This document shows positions 25,978-39,250 of a DNA stretch of 64,000 nucleotides, piece by piece. Position 1 is the stretch's first letter. Every line of letters starts with the position of its first letter. Location: assembly GCA_053919585.1 (NCBI GenBank), contig CM132803.1, one strand, 5' to 3'. The DNA is from Euprymna scolopes. Its lineage: Eukaryota. Made by a program: the position numbers and the translations under genes. The notes beneath the pieces are model-generated. The model was not told where the DNA came from and made no database searches. It worked only from the letters and a program-made list of their open reading frames with translations.

Positions 25978-26814
25978 TGTCGCATAGGGATATATATTAA
26001 AAGAGATATGATGGGAACATTCATATTGAAGAGAGATGGCGGGGACATATATTACAGTTCTGGGGATATTTCTTCTTAACACATATAGAGAGGAGGAGGG
26101 ATACATATTCTTGGAAGGGTTACACAATGTTCATAATAAGATGTTTATCACATTACCTTTTGATTTGTGGAATGATGACACATGACAAACAGTTACAAAA
26201 TATCGATGGTGATTCTTTATTTCATTGGACCAGTCAAATGATGATGACGTCAGGAATTCACATTTGTTCTACATAGTTTAATCTTTCTACCCTTCACTTC
26301 CAAAGGGGCAGCTGACCACTGACTGCCCCTCCTGATCTCTGCTGACTAGCAGACTCAACTGTTCTGACTCAACTACTCCTGACTACTCTAGCTTCTATAT
26401 TAAGAATCCCCCCTTTGCTATGACGTCAGAAGTGTGCTTCCCAAACGTGACTAATTCACATGGCTAAGCACACGTTTTTCCAAACACACTTTTGACAACA
26501 AAGAATTCTCAACAACCTATTTTTAACCTAACCTATTTTTTTAACAATGTATTTTTAATTTGTTCATTCTATTTAGCTGACATTTTTAACATTCAGTTTT
26601 GTAAAAGAATGAATAATCAATTCTTTCTACAATATAAACAATATCTAACTATTTATAATAGAATTTAACAATAGGCTTTTTTAACATTCCGATTTCTAAC
26701 ATTCTATTTCTTAACCTTGCTTACAATGTTCGAGTCTCGGCTTATCCTAATCTCATTTTCATTTATCTAATGTTCTTATTTACATGGAAATGGACAGCCC
26801 TTTTTCCTGTAAAA
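25978..26814 (-). mobile_element. Probable solo LTR inserted in the LINE
   Basis: Splits LINE codons LYLYK|ATVR exactly; flanked by duplicated CTTG(T) at 25974 and 26815; one end TGTCGC (=..CA on the - strand), other end a mutated T[T]TTACAG; AATAAA on the - strand near 26215. Confidence 0.7.
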
Positions 26815-27559
26815 CTTGTAGAGATACAGGATACTCTCAGGTGTGAGTAGCCTTTTAGCATGGTAGAGAGAGCCTATCTTCCTCGCAGCAGCCTTGATAA
26901 TTACCTCAAAGTATTTGTTCCAATTCATGTTGTCTGTGAATGTTAACCTTAGGAGCTTAAGGGAAGTACTTTCAGGCAGTGTATCATTAGCCATGGCAAT
27001 CAGTGGTTGAGAAAGTTTCTTGTAATTATTAAAGAAAATAAGCTTTGTCTTGGCAGCATTGAATGTTGAACCAGTTACAGCCCCATTTCACTACAGATTG
27101 GAGATGTTCCTCTAGTGTTTCTGCCATTTCCTTAGATATGTGTTCATTAGTTTTACCCTTGTGTCTGTTATAGAGCATGGTGTCATCAGCAAATATCCCA
27201 ATCTCAGAGAAAATTTTATCAGAAAGATCATTTATGAATATGAGGAATAATAAAGATCCAAGGATTGACCCCTGTGGCACACCCATATTTATACCATGTT
27301 GTTTTGATGTATGACCATCAAGGATAACATGGATTTTTTTCTTATCTAAGAAGGATTTGATTATGTTAAGTACACGTCCAGCAATACCATAGGATTTAAT
27401 TTTCATAAGAAAACCATTGTGCCAAACCCTTTCAAATGCCTTAAATATGTTTAGGGCTACTCACCTAGCTTCTCCATCCTTATCCAGTGCTTGGTATATA
27501 CGTTCGGAGTAGAACAGGCTTATCTAAATCCATATTGCCAGTCAAATAAAAGTTTATTG

Positions 27560-28630
27560 AGTACTTGTGCATTTAACGAACCAGATGTAACTCAGCATTT
27601 GCTCGGCTTTGTCCGACGCATGACGTCAACAGCCGGATAAAACCGAGCATTGCCGATAAAATAAAAACAATGCTACAACAAAATAACTGTAAAATGAAAT
27701 TGTAAAATGTAGAAACATCCAAAAATAAATAAGTAAAAAGCAAAAACCTACCGTTCATTTATGTTTTTTTAGTAGTATTATTGTTTGAAATTGTTTTCTG
27801 TTTGCAAAATAAATACATATAAAACATTTTTTGTAAACAAATAATAGTAATTACTTTTTTTTAATGAAACTTTTTTTTTTGTTTTTTTTTTTTCAACTAT
27901 TTACGTAAAATGACCAACAAAAATGATATTTGTTGGATCAATTTTTTTTTAACAAATAATAGTGAGTAATTGTTTTTTATGACACTTTTTTTTTTTTTCA
28001 AGTATTTGCGTACAAAAAAAGAAAAAAATCGTAAGAAAAAGGAAAGGAACAAAACTTTTTTTTTTGTACGGGATCTACAAAATTAAGACTGTGGTGGTTC
28101 ACCGTTAAATAGTGATATCCCTCTCCTCCCACTTTGCTCCAACAGTCTGATACGACCGTGTGTGGTCCCTGGCAGAATGTATTTTCTTATTAGTGGAAGG
28201 AGGGTTTTGCCATTCCTATTTGCTACGTTACCAAAAAACAAAAAAAAAAAAAAAAACTCCTTTTCGGCGAGGTCTTTGATTTCGACCGTATGGCCTGTTG
28301 GGCCTCCTATCTGCCGGAGATTCCTGAGAAAGTAATCTCGGCATATTATATCTTGCAGGAAATTCTTCCAGTCCACAATTGTGTGGCGTGACCGCAACCC
28401 ATATTCGCGCTGGAGATTCCTAGTTGCCGTCATCTTGAACGCTCATATCGGAATTCTCATCTGCTGCTCGACGCGCACGCACGTCGAGTTGAAACTAAGC
28501 GTGCAGCGTTTTGATTGCCTGATGACTATGTTTCGTCAGACAGTAGCAAATCCCGAGATATTGACGTCATGTGTCGGACAAAGCCGAGCAAATGCTGAGT
28601 TACGTCTGATTCATTAAATGCACAAGTACC
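27560..28630 (-). mobile_element. Merlin (ISXO2/IS1595-like) DNA transposon, internally deleted
   Basis: ~70-bp terminal inverted repeats (27560-27629 / 28561-28630), 8-bp TSD GTTTATTG (27552-27559, 28631-28638), transposase relic IGGP.GHTVEI...V.NRN..TLLPLIRKYILPGTT (28083-28433). Confidence 0.88.
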
Positions 28631-30282
28631 GTTTATTGTCTGTACTAATGCTTGATTGATTAAGGATTCAAAAGTTTTGGCAAACAGAGGAGGCTAATGG
28701 GACAATAATTGAGTGGGTCAGTTCTTTCACCAGAATTCTTGTAGACTGGTACAACAAAAGCTATTCTCCAGCAGTCGGGAAAGCAAGATTCAGTAAGGCA
28801 TTTGTTGTAGAGCTTAGAAAGAACTGGAGCAACCTCAGCGGAGCATTTTTTAGTAGTATAGCGGGGGATAAAATTGGGCCCACACACTTTCAAGATGTCT
28901 AGATTTATTATGGCATCATGAACAAGGGAAGGGGTGACTTTCCAATCTTTGAGTGTGACTACTGTTTGCATATGGAAATTTTATGAGGTAGTTGCCTGCT
29001 GGGTCTAAAGTGGAGTTGGAGGAAAAACGTTGGACAAGCAAATTTGCTTTGTCAGTTGCTGTGCAAACAATTTAAATGTTGGATAGGGGGAAATTGTTGA
29101 TTGCCCATTATGTATTACACTGCTATAAATTTTCCAAAAGTCATAAGTTCCTAATTTCTGCAACTTTATGCATTTTTTGATGACTTCGGAATACCTTTTC
29201 TTGGCTGCAGCTATTTCTCTCTTACAATTATTTCTAGCTTCTACAAACTTTTGCCTATTTGTATTGGACTTATGTCAGATAAGTCTGCAGAATGCATGCT
29301 ACCTTTGAGTGATAGCAGCTGCATAAGTAAAACTGAACCATTGCGGAGAGTGTGGTTTGATAAAGTACCTCCATGTGGGAATGTGTGCTTCAATTGCTGC
29401 TTTGAACCATTCAGTGGTCTTTTTTGCAAACTGTTTTGCAAGAAGAGAAAAGATACTACTCCATGGAGCATTTCTAATATGATCCAGGATGGCTTCCTTG
29501 TCAGCCTTCTTATAGTACCTTGTCATTTTGAGTAATGGCTCTTCAGTTTCGGGTTGAGAATTTAGAGTGATTTTTACCATTGTTACAATGTGACCGGCGT
29601 TCCCAAGTGGGCTCTGGGCATTTGTAATACAATTATCAGGAACTGTGATCAGAAATAGATCTAGAAGTGAGGCTTGTTAGTCCTGTCGATCTGGGAGATG
29701 GATAGGAAACATAACTGTGATAGAGAATGGGATATAGAGAAGCTATGTGTTATGCTATCAGCTGCGTCTGTGTAAGTAGACAAACCAAGCCGATTATTGT
29801 GGTGAGCATCAAAGTCACCAAATACATGTACTTGTGCACTAGTATCTAAGGAGAGTGCTACATCTATGCTATCGGATACTTAGTTGATTAGGGTACAGTC
29901 ATGGGTCGATGAAGAATAGTAGAGAAAATATAAGTAGCTAATGCTATGTTGTATGTTTAATCTAAAGCACATGATAAATTCAACAATGTATTAAAAATTA
30001 AACAGTAAAGGGACAAAACATACAATACAAAAAACGAAATCACATAAGAAAAACATAAGTAGACTAATATTTTGGTTCTAGTAGTAACAGAAACTTCAAG
30101 GTGAAATGCAGTTTTTCAGTGTGTAGAAACTTCTTGCTACTATTGTTATGTTGCAGGAGTAGCTATTGTGAAATACGTAGTTGTGCCTTGTGAAATACAC
30201 GCTGAGAAAGTGTCTGTTAATAAAACAAACAAATTATTAGTCTACTGATGTTTATCGTATGCAATTTTATCCTTTATATTTT

Positions 30283-30700
30283 ACTAGCAGGGATAACCGG
30301 CGTTGCCCGGGTTCACAAATAATAAAGTAAATGAAGTTCCATTTAGACACACCTGTTATACTAAGGATATTGAGCATTTTTTCATTACTATATGTCAATT
30401 CTATCATGGACAACGTCGATACTCGCACACCTATCCAAGTATATGGAGGGAGGGAATTGGTAACTGTACTTTAATGTAACAATTTAAAAAACAAAAGATA
30501 CTTTAATCCTATTTAAAAAACGGATAAAATATAAAAATATAATCACCCTAAAAATGAGTATGTACGTACCACCTCCCCACCAGATTCATTGGCAGGAGGT
30601 ATACAAAGAGATGCTATTCTCAGGATATTGGGCATTTTTTGATGACTATATACCAGTTTAAGCAAATATCTTAAATACTGCCTCAGTTCAGAAAGATTTC
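30283..30700 (+). mobile_element. Possible non-autonomous Helitron/Helentron-type relic
   Basis: Starts TT|ACTAGCAG followed by the GC hairpin CCGGCGTTGCCCGGG; internal imperfect repeat GGATATTGRGCATTTTTT. Far end unclear. Confidence 0.4.
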
Positions 30701-31190
30701 CTTTATGGTTCATTGCAATGGCTATGTTACTTTACAGTTGGAAACTTCAGAATTTTTTTGTCTCCTTCAAAAATAAGAGAGAAAAAAATTTAAAAATAAA
30801 ACAAACTGATAACAAAATATATTTTTTAAAACTAAAATAACGTTTTTATTAATTATTGTGTTATAAAGAAAAAAAATGACCCATGCTGTGCGTGAACTCC
30901 AAAAAGTTAACCCCGTAAGCAAACATGCTATCCACCAGGTCAACATCGCAATGACATTATGACATTGCAAATTTATGTTTGTAAAATGAAATTAGGAATG
31001 AACAGTATTCACACATGCATAAATTCTAATTGTTAAGAAACAGTGTTGTAGGCAAGATTTTTACCTGACCCCCTTCAAATAAAATGACATTTGTACTTCA
31101 AAGAATTGATGATTTTTTTCTCATTTGGAATTATTATAGATCTGGATCCCTGTTCTTTCAGTCGATATCATATTCATTATGGGTTGTTTT

Positions 31191-31332
31191 NNNNNNNNNN
31201 NNNNNNNNNNNNNNNNNNNNNNNNNNNNNNNNNNNNNNNNNNNNNNNNNNNNNNNNNNNNNNNNNNNNNNNNNNNNNNNNNNNNNNNNNNNNNNNNNNNN
31301 NNNNNNNNNNNNNNNNNNNNNNNNNNNNNNNN
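31191..31332. other. Assembly gap (142 N)
   Basis: Run of N within gene 3 intron 3. Confidence 1.
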
Positions 31333-31445
31333 GTCCACTTTTCCATTTTACTTTTTCTACATAATCTTTATTACATAAGAATTGACATGTTCTCAGGTAT
31401 AAAATTAATAATGTTGTAACGATTTTTATTTATTTATTTTTTTAG

Positions 31446-31735
31446 ATATATACCCTTCCCAATATTGTAATCCACCTCCTTCACAAATTGATCAACGTCG
31501 TACAACAGAGACAAGACCCTTAGGACAGACTGTCAGCTACCCCAGTGATACAACAATAGTAGCAAGAGGTTTCTACACATCCTACATGAATGAAAACAGT
31601 CCTCATGCAGATGCAAAGTCTGACTCTGGTGGTGAAAACAATAGTCTATCTAGTAGACAGTTACAATCAAGAAATATATCTGCAAGTGGTAGCCAGTCCT
31701 CAATCAATCGACCACTTCCTGCATTACCTCATTAG
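31446..31735 (+). CDS. Protocadherin gene 3, terminal exon B
   Basis: TTTAG acceptor; DIYPSQYCNPPP...RPLPALPH* (TAG 31733-31735). Linkage to gene 3 crosses the N gap. Not in the ORF track. Confidence 0.85.
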
Positions 31736-32565
31736 AAAAATTCCTCCTTAAAAACTATTTTACCAGTTATTATATAATTAAATTTTCATAAAGAGGGCCT
31801 GTGGATTTGTTTTTGAAATCTCTTATTTAAGAAAGTACATTTAAATCAAACCAGTTGAATTGAATTTATTTTCCAACCTATATTTGGCTTCAAATTTTTT
31901 TAAATTAAAATAGTATAAAAAATATTTTATACTTTTATAATATATATATATATGCATCCATACATATAATTAGCTATATATGTATGTTTGTGTTGTGTAA
32001 ACTTCCAAACAAATTAACTAGTCATTATGAATTTATAATAACAGCTGTTAAGTGCAATGGGGAATAATGTGGGCTATATTTAGTTTGATATAGTTTTATT
32101 CACGCCAGTCATGGTAGGTAATAGCTCTTCATAAAAATTCAGGTACCTCTGATTTAAATGAAATTTTAATCATACATATTAAACATCAATTAATAAGTAT
32201 TCCCCAAATTGCAGTTTCTGCAGAATATTTTAAAGTAATAGTAATTATAATATGGGAACAACCTCGCATTTCAAAATTCAAATGATTCCAATTTGCTTTA
32301 AAATTTGATTGATATCTATGAAACACCAACTAAGCAAGATTTTCCTGATTTCCAAATCCTAAATTTTAGATATTTTCTATAATCAAAACATCATTTTATG
32401 GATTTTGATCAAAATTGGAATAAGGAATTTAGACATAAGGTTCAGTAGCATATATATCTTGATTTTAATCTTTATAATGGAACATAAAAGTTGTACAAAT
32501 CAGTTGTTTTCTGCATTAATTTTATTAACACTCATAATATTTGTCCAAAAACAAGTATTCTGCTA

Positions 32566-32618
<53 letters not shown>

Positions 32619-33233
32619 ATTTACATGAAAAATATCAGATGGAATTTTTTTTTTATGTTCTAAGCATTTTTTATGTTTAGTAAAAAAAAAATAAATATTA
32701 AACGTTCTTTCAATTAACATTTATGTTACAAATTTCCAATTAAAATACATGTTTTCCATATTTCTAAATGTTCGTTTATTTTTTTCCTTTATTAATGTAA
32801 GAAGTCAGAAAATGAAAATATTTTAAATAATTTTCATATCTTTATTTTGGCCGAAGGTATTTAAATACAAAAAAAACATACTTAATTTTTTCAAAGTAAA
32901 TTTGTTTTGGGGTGTAGTCATTCGTTATCATTACAAATTTACATTTATTGTATAAGATAATTCTTTACACGTTTTCATTTGAAAGAGCACCCCCTCCCAC
33001 TAACACTAGTGATGTCAAAGAGGAAGTCGATAGCAAAACAATAACTGTTTACAATATTTTAGTAGATGAATTTTTAAAATTAATTTTGTTTTAACATTTT
33101 TAAATGCTAAGTATGAGATATGTATATACTAGATAAATTTAATTGCACAAAAAAAAAGATATTTGTAGTCGGTTTTATTATCATCATAAATATTCAGTAC
33201 TGATATTAGCCTTTATGGAAGAGGAAGTGAGTG

Positions 33234-33388
33234 GCAGCCATTGCATAGTGAACATGCTACATAGGACTGCTGTCTTATGTATAAGCCAGAGCACAGATGT
33301 AATACATTTTAAAATGGGACTATCTTTGCATCGGAAGTGTCTTTGTTGATAACATTGCGATTGTGTCTGCCTGGGTTTAAAAGCAAAG
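33234..33388 (+). promoter_or_regulatory. Gene 4 conserved upstream motif and putative non-coding first exon
   Basis: AGCCAT 33236-33241, TAGGA 33262-33266, donor AGCAAAG|GTAAAT at 33388/33389. Confidence 0.68.
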
Positions 33389-33961
33389 GTAAATATTTTA
33401 ATTGCATTTTTTCTATATTATTTTTTATATAAAAAGATGCAAATAAGAATAGAAAATAATCTTATTACAAGGAATCAACCATCTTGATTAAAACTACGAC
33501 ATTTTAATATCTAACAGCAATTATTATTTTTTTTACTTGATCATTTAATTGAGGTAAAATTATGTATCCTGTCCAATATTCATAAAATTTTCCTATCTGT
33601 TTTTTTACCAATTGTTCTTTGTTAATATTTTCTTACCAAAATCTGAAAAAATATGCTATTATTGTTATAGCTATGACAGCATTTTTATTATTCATAACGT
33701 ATACAATATCTTGCTATTGTTTTTGTGTACATTTTTAAAAATTAAAATTATTAAAATTAATAATTAAAATTACAAATTAGTTAGTCTTAGTAGAATATTT
33801 AAATAATTGATTATTTGAAAAAGTAATTGATTAAAAAAATTTCGAAAATGTTTTAAAAAATGTAATCATGTTTTTATAATTAATAAATGTTTAATAATTT
33901 GTAATTGCATTTACATTTCAGAAAAACATTCAAAGATTTCAAACGATACATATTTCATGGA

Positions 33962-36361
33962 ATGATGCTTCCCCAAATATTTGTTGTTTTCTATCTATTA
34001 AAGATTTGCTTATGTGTTGATCTCACTTACAATGTGGAAGAAGGCAAAAGTCCAAATACATATGTGGGAGACATTGCTGCAGATTCGCATGTCATGAATG
34101 ATATTTCAACTGAAGATCATAACTTGATTAGTTTTGGTCTCTTACAAAAAGGTGCTTCTGGCTCATCTCCATTGTTCAAGATCTCCAAAAAGTCTGGGAA
34201 ATTATACACAGCTCAAACTTTAGATGCTGAATCACTTTGTTTTTTTAAAAAACAGTGTTTTCAGATGGTAGATGTGGCTGTTAGAAAAGCAACAACCGTG
34301 TTCAAATTATTAGAAATCAAAATAATTATAAATGATATAAATGACCATCAGCCAGAGTTTTCTGATAAACTCATCAAAGTTGACTTTGAAGAAAATGATA
34401 GTAAGGGAACAAAAAAATCAATTCCGAATGCAATTGACAAGGATGTTGGTATTGTTGATTCTCAGATTACTTATGAATTAAAAAAAGAGAAAGAGGAACC
34501 TTTTTCTTTGTTTGTATCTAAAAGTGTTGATGGAACATCAAAGCTAAATTTAGTATTAGAAAAATCTCTTGATCGTGAAGTGAAAGACTCTTATATGATT
34601 CAAGTGATTGCCAAAGATGGTGGTTCTCCACCTAAACAAAGTTCTTTAAATGTTCACATCACAGTCACAGACGTCAATGACAATATACCTATATTCACGC
34701 AGAAAATATACAATGTTTCCATACATCATGATCACGAAGACATAAAACCTGTTACGGTATTATCTGCCACAGATTTAGACGCTGGAATTAATGGCCGAAT
34801 ATATTACCATACAAATATGAAAACAAATGAAATGACGAGAAATGCCTTTAAATTAAATGAACAAACAGGTGAAATATTTTTGAATAAGAAAGTTGCTTTA
34901 AGAAAAGATTTGGTTTATGAGTTGTATGTTGAAGCTTCAGATGGGGGGAAACCTCCCTTGAGTGCATTGGCAAAAGTTTTAATAAATGTGATAAATGAAC
35001 AAAATAATGCTCCAATTATTGATGTAAACTTCTTCTCAACATCAAAGGAAAATACTGTTGATGTTTCTGAAAATATAAAAGTTGGTAGTTTCATTGCTTA
35101 TGTGAAAGTAAGTGATGAGGATGCTGGTCAAAATGGAGAGGTGAACTGTGAAATAAAACATGATAAATTTCAATTGCAAAACATGGGAACCAAGAAATAC
35201 CAAGTGATAGTGAAAACTCTTTTAGACAGGGAAACTGAAGATCATCACAGTATAATTATCAAATGTCAAGACAAAGGATCTCCTCCTCTTCAAAGCAAAA
35301 GGACATTTTCTGTACATGTGATTGATGTTAATGATGTAGAACCAGTGTTTTCTAAACAATTATTTAAATTCTTCATTGATGAAAACCAGAGATCGAAAAT
35401 TCCTATTGGCACAATCAATGCCACAGATCCAGACTTGGGACTTGGAGGTAAACTGTCTTTTTCTTTAGTGAGCACCAATAAACAATTTGTACCATTTCGA
35501 ATCACTGAAAATGGATTAATCTCTTCAATTATGTCTTTAGACCATGAGTTTCAAGATACTTATAATTTTGAAGTGTTTGTAAAAGACAAAGGAAGTCCAT
35601 CATTGAATAACACAGTGAATGTGATTGTTAAGGTGAGAGATGAAAATGATAATGCTCCATATTTCACATTTCCCAGTGTTAATCCTTATAATATGGATGT
35701 AACATATTACCCGCATCATACAAAGAACATCAGCCAGATAAAGGCATCAGACAGTGACAGTCAAGAGAATGCATTTCTAAAATATGAAATAATCAGAGGC
35801 AATAGCAAACAGATATTCAGCATCAACCAGTACACTGGTTTGTTATGTTCAACTCATGTCCTAAGCCAACAAGATGCTGGCTCATATGAGCTGGAGTTTC
35901 TAGTGAAGGACAGTGGTAGTCCAGTTCTATCAGCCAGAACTACTGTATATTTGACACTGACCGTAAGCAACAAGACATCAGAAATGCTAAATGCTGTTAA
36001 CATCAAAAAAGATAACAAGATCCACCTGACTTCAGCAATTATCATTGTGTCTGTAGCAGTGACAATAGCTGTGATCATTACAGCTTCAATCTCAGTGTGT
36101 ATCCTTCGCTGTTGCAATCCTCGAAGTGTTCCAGTAGCAGAAGGCGGATATGTGAGTAGTGGTCAGAGACATTTGATAAGTCCTCCTTACCCAGCCAATC
36201 CTTGGTCTAATGTTGCTCTTCCTACAAGTGATGCAGTTGATATGAGAAGAAGCAGTCAACCACCAACACCAAGAATGCAAACCCATCCTTACTCAAGTGC
36301 TCACCATATGCTCTCCCCTCAAGCACAAAAACCAGAACAAACTTCAGACTCTGTTTCACAG
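33962..36361 (+). CDS. Protocadherin gene 4, large exon
   Basis: Acceptor TTTCAG at 33921, first in-frame ATG 33962, six EC repeats plus TM, donor CAG|GTAAGT. Confidence 0.94.
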
Positions 36362-36717
36362 GTAAGTTTGTACATTTTGTTTTAACAGAGAAATTGTTTT
36401 AAACGTACATAGATGCATAGAATAATCTTTTAAATGTATAATTGTACTTATTAATTACTTTTGTGTCACATATTTTTAAACATCTTTTAAAATTACCATG
36501 TGAAAACTTTGAATAATTAATAACATCAACTTGTCGACCTAATATACATTTAATTTCATGTGTACAATTTTGCATTATCAAATTAATGTTTTATTATGAA
36601 CGATTAATACCTATAAAACTCATCAATAAAGCTTTATAATTTTCAGTTGTTACAAAATGTAAATATGTTCAGTTTAATTAGAGATATTAAAATATTTTTA
36701 TGTCTTATTTGTGATAG

Positions 36718-36880
36718 TTATATATCCAAGATGTTTCATTGCCACCTGGTATTGATAAAAATAAGAAAAGGATGAAGAAGTCACAGGATTATTCCACTAG
36801 AAGTTCTATTAAATCATCTCACAATGATGACAAACAAGAATGGAATGATATTGATACAAGACATAATGAGATCATGACAG
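36718..36880 (+). CDS. Protocadherin gene 4, cytoplasmic exon A (LYIQDVSLPPG...)
   Basis: ATAG acceptor, donor ACAG|GTGAGT, 163 nt. Confidence 0.88.
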
Positions 36881-37559
36881 GTGAGTTGTACTATCTCTTG
36901 AGTTATTGCGTTCTTTGGTTATTAAAATGTTGCAATGTACATAATTATATCTTGATAAAATGAATAGATTATATGAAAAAACAATACAATATATAAAGCA
37001 GAAGTAAAAGCCTTAGAAAATACTAAATATGAAATATATAATTTATTTAAAGCAATTCTGAAGCAATTTAAGTATAGATATAATATCCATAATGTTATCT
37101 TTAAGAAAGAAATATATGGAAACTCAATTACATTACTGGAATATATTTAGTAACTGAAATAAACAAAATAAACATCCTAGCAGTGAAACAAAATTGAAGA
37201 ATCAGTCTCTACAGAGAAAACATTTAACAAAATTACTGTGTGTCAAGATAATAAATAAGCAATCATGATGAAAAACAAAACAATTAAAAGCAGACACAAA
37301 CTAATAATGAAATATGGGTCCAAAAATACATGTATTTACTCAAATTTATAATGATTGCTGTAAAACATGAATAATTTATATGTGGACAATCCTTGAATAA
37401 TAATAGTTAGAAATTTTAAATTGAAATAGCGTACATAACAAAATGTTAAATGTTATTATTTTTAAAAGATTGAGGTGCATCAAACTTGGATAACCAGTAA
37501 AAATATTGATTGAAAATCAACTTCTTAAAATTGAAACAATCATCAGAATTTGTATTAAA

Positions 37560-38420
37560 AAAAGATGGCTGATTAATTTTAATGCATCAAAAACCAAACT
37601 TCTTTCTTTCCATCATCAATGCTCTGACTCAAATCTAGCTCCTATTGAAATGAATGGCTCTTGCCTTGAGGACACTCCATGTTTAGATAAACTTGTTGGT
37701 CTGACCTTCACTTCTGATATGAAATGAAGCATGTACATCAAATCTGTTGCCAAAGTTGCTGGAAAAATGGTTGGATCATTCTACCGCTCTAGTAGATATT
37801 TCACTGCTGATGCAATTCTCTACTTATATAAGAGCCAAGTACATTCTAGGATAGAGCACTGTTGCTACATCTGGGTAGGAGTTGCTCAAAGCACCTATTC
37901 TGCCTTGACAGAGTTCAAAACAGATTTTGTAATCTAGTAGGCGGTGCCCTTTTCTCTTCTCAGCAACCTCTTTCCCACAAAGGAGATGTTGTGAGACTGT
38001 CACTGTTCTATCACTACTTTCATGGCAAGTGTTCATTTGAACTCCAGTCTATAGTCCCCTCTAGCCAATCTTTCACAAAAAACACTTGTCTAGACAAAAT
38101 CACTATCAATAAATTCCTGTACTATCAGTGCCTAAACCTAAATGTGGATTCCATGAACAAAGCTTTTTTCCTAGAACTGCCTGCCTATCGAACTCAGTTC
38201 TGCAGGTTTGCTTTCTAGCTGACTACAATATCGTTGTCTTCAAGTTCAATGTAAACAATTTCTTATTGAACTGTTCTTGTAAATAATCTAATTATACCAC
38301 ATTACCACTACAAACGATTATTACACAACTGCCCCAATGACTACCGTACACTCATTAACTATTATCCTCGAATAGTCTCCGGGCCTTGATGTGTGGTAAC
38401 CCTTTTGTAAAATAAAAAAA
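37560..38420 (+). mobile_element. 5'-truncated CR1-like LINE
   Basis: WLINFNASKTKLL, VGLTFTSDMKW, LYLYKSQVHSRIEHCCYIW, LSLFYHYFHGKCS; A-rich end. Confidence 0.85.
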
Positions 38421-39060
38421 TGTTCAGGATTCTACTAATAATTTTTTGATGATTGGATGTTTTATAAAACTGATAAAGTATTAATATAAGCCATATATAT
38501 TATACTAAAGCTAAGTTAATAAACGTTTGTTTCCTTAATGCTTGTTTTCTATATATTTTAATCACAGAATATACATGTTAAATATTTCTTCGATTTGGGA
38601 TTGTGTTATGGTTGAAAAAACATAGCTGGAGAGAAAAATAGGAAAAGGGAGATATAACAAATAGACTAATTTGTGATTTTGTTTTTTATTTATTTTCATT
38701 TTACATTTAACTGACTTTACAAACTCACTTTTGAATAATTCAAACAATTCAACCCAAGCATGATGGATGACCCTACATATCACGTTTTCTAATATATATG
38801 TGTGTGTGTGTGTACACACATATGTATATATATTCATACAAATTTATAGATGTGACTTCAGAATTTAAAAAATACTTTTTTTTAAATACATCCAAGAAAA
38901 TATAAAACCGTGCCAATAAGTATAAATGTATTTCAATAAATGAAAATATATTAATAAAAATCAAATAAAAATATAACCAAAATAATTTATTGGATGTTTG
39001 TATTAGATTGATTTTTCTTTCTATTTTTATTTTTGAATTATTTTTTCATTTAAAGTTTTT

Positions 39061-39250
39061 GGTGCTAGTGCACTTACTGATCCGCACTATTTTTTAAATC
39101 GTATTTCCAAGTTTTATGATATGTTTTTTATTCAATTGTAAGATTAAAGTATAGAATAGATACAAAACACCATCCCCTCCCCATGTTAAGAATGGCTTTT
39201 TAAATATTAACGTTATTATTTCAGCACGGATCAATAAGTGCACTAGTACC
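39061..39250. mobile_element. 190-bp MITE, Merlin-type
   Basis: TIRs GGTGCTAGTGCACTTACTGATCCG / CGGATCAATAAGTGCACTAGTACC, 8-bp TSD AAGTTTTT, GG..CC termini resembling the element at 27560. Confidence 0.8.

Larger units (their letters stand above)
25445..29975 (-). mobile_element. Decayed CR1-like LINE (APE endonuclease plus RT) interrupted by two nested insertions
   Basis: ORF2 fragments: FVVPVYKNSGERTDPLNYCPISLL, WQYGF, GVPQGSILGSLLFLIFINDL, FADDT, LYKATVRLCMEYCCHIW; A-rich tail near 25445; many stops and frameshifts. Confidence 0.9.

Noticed and set aside
31084-31419. ORFs containing X runs
   Set aside because: Artefacts of the N gap.
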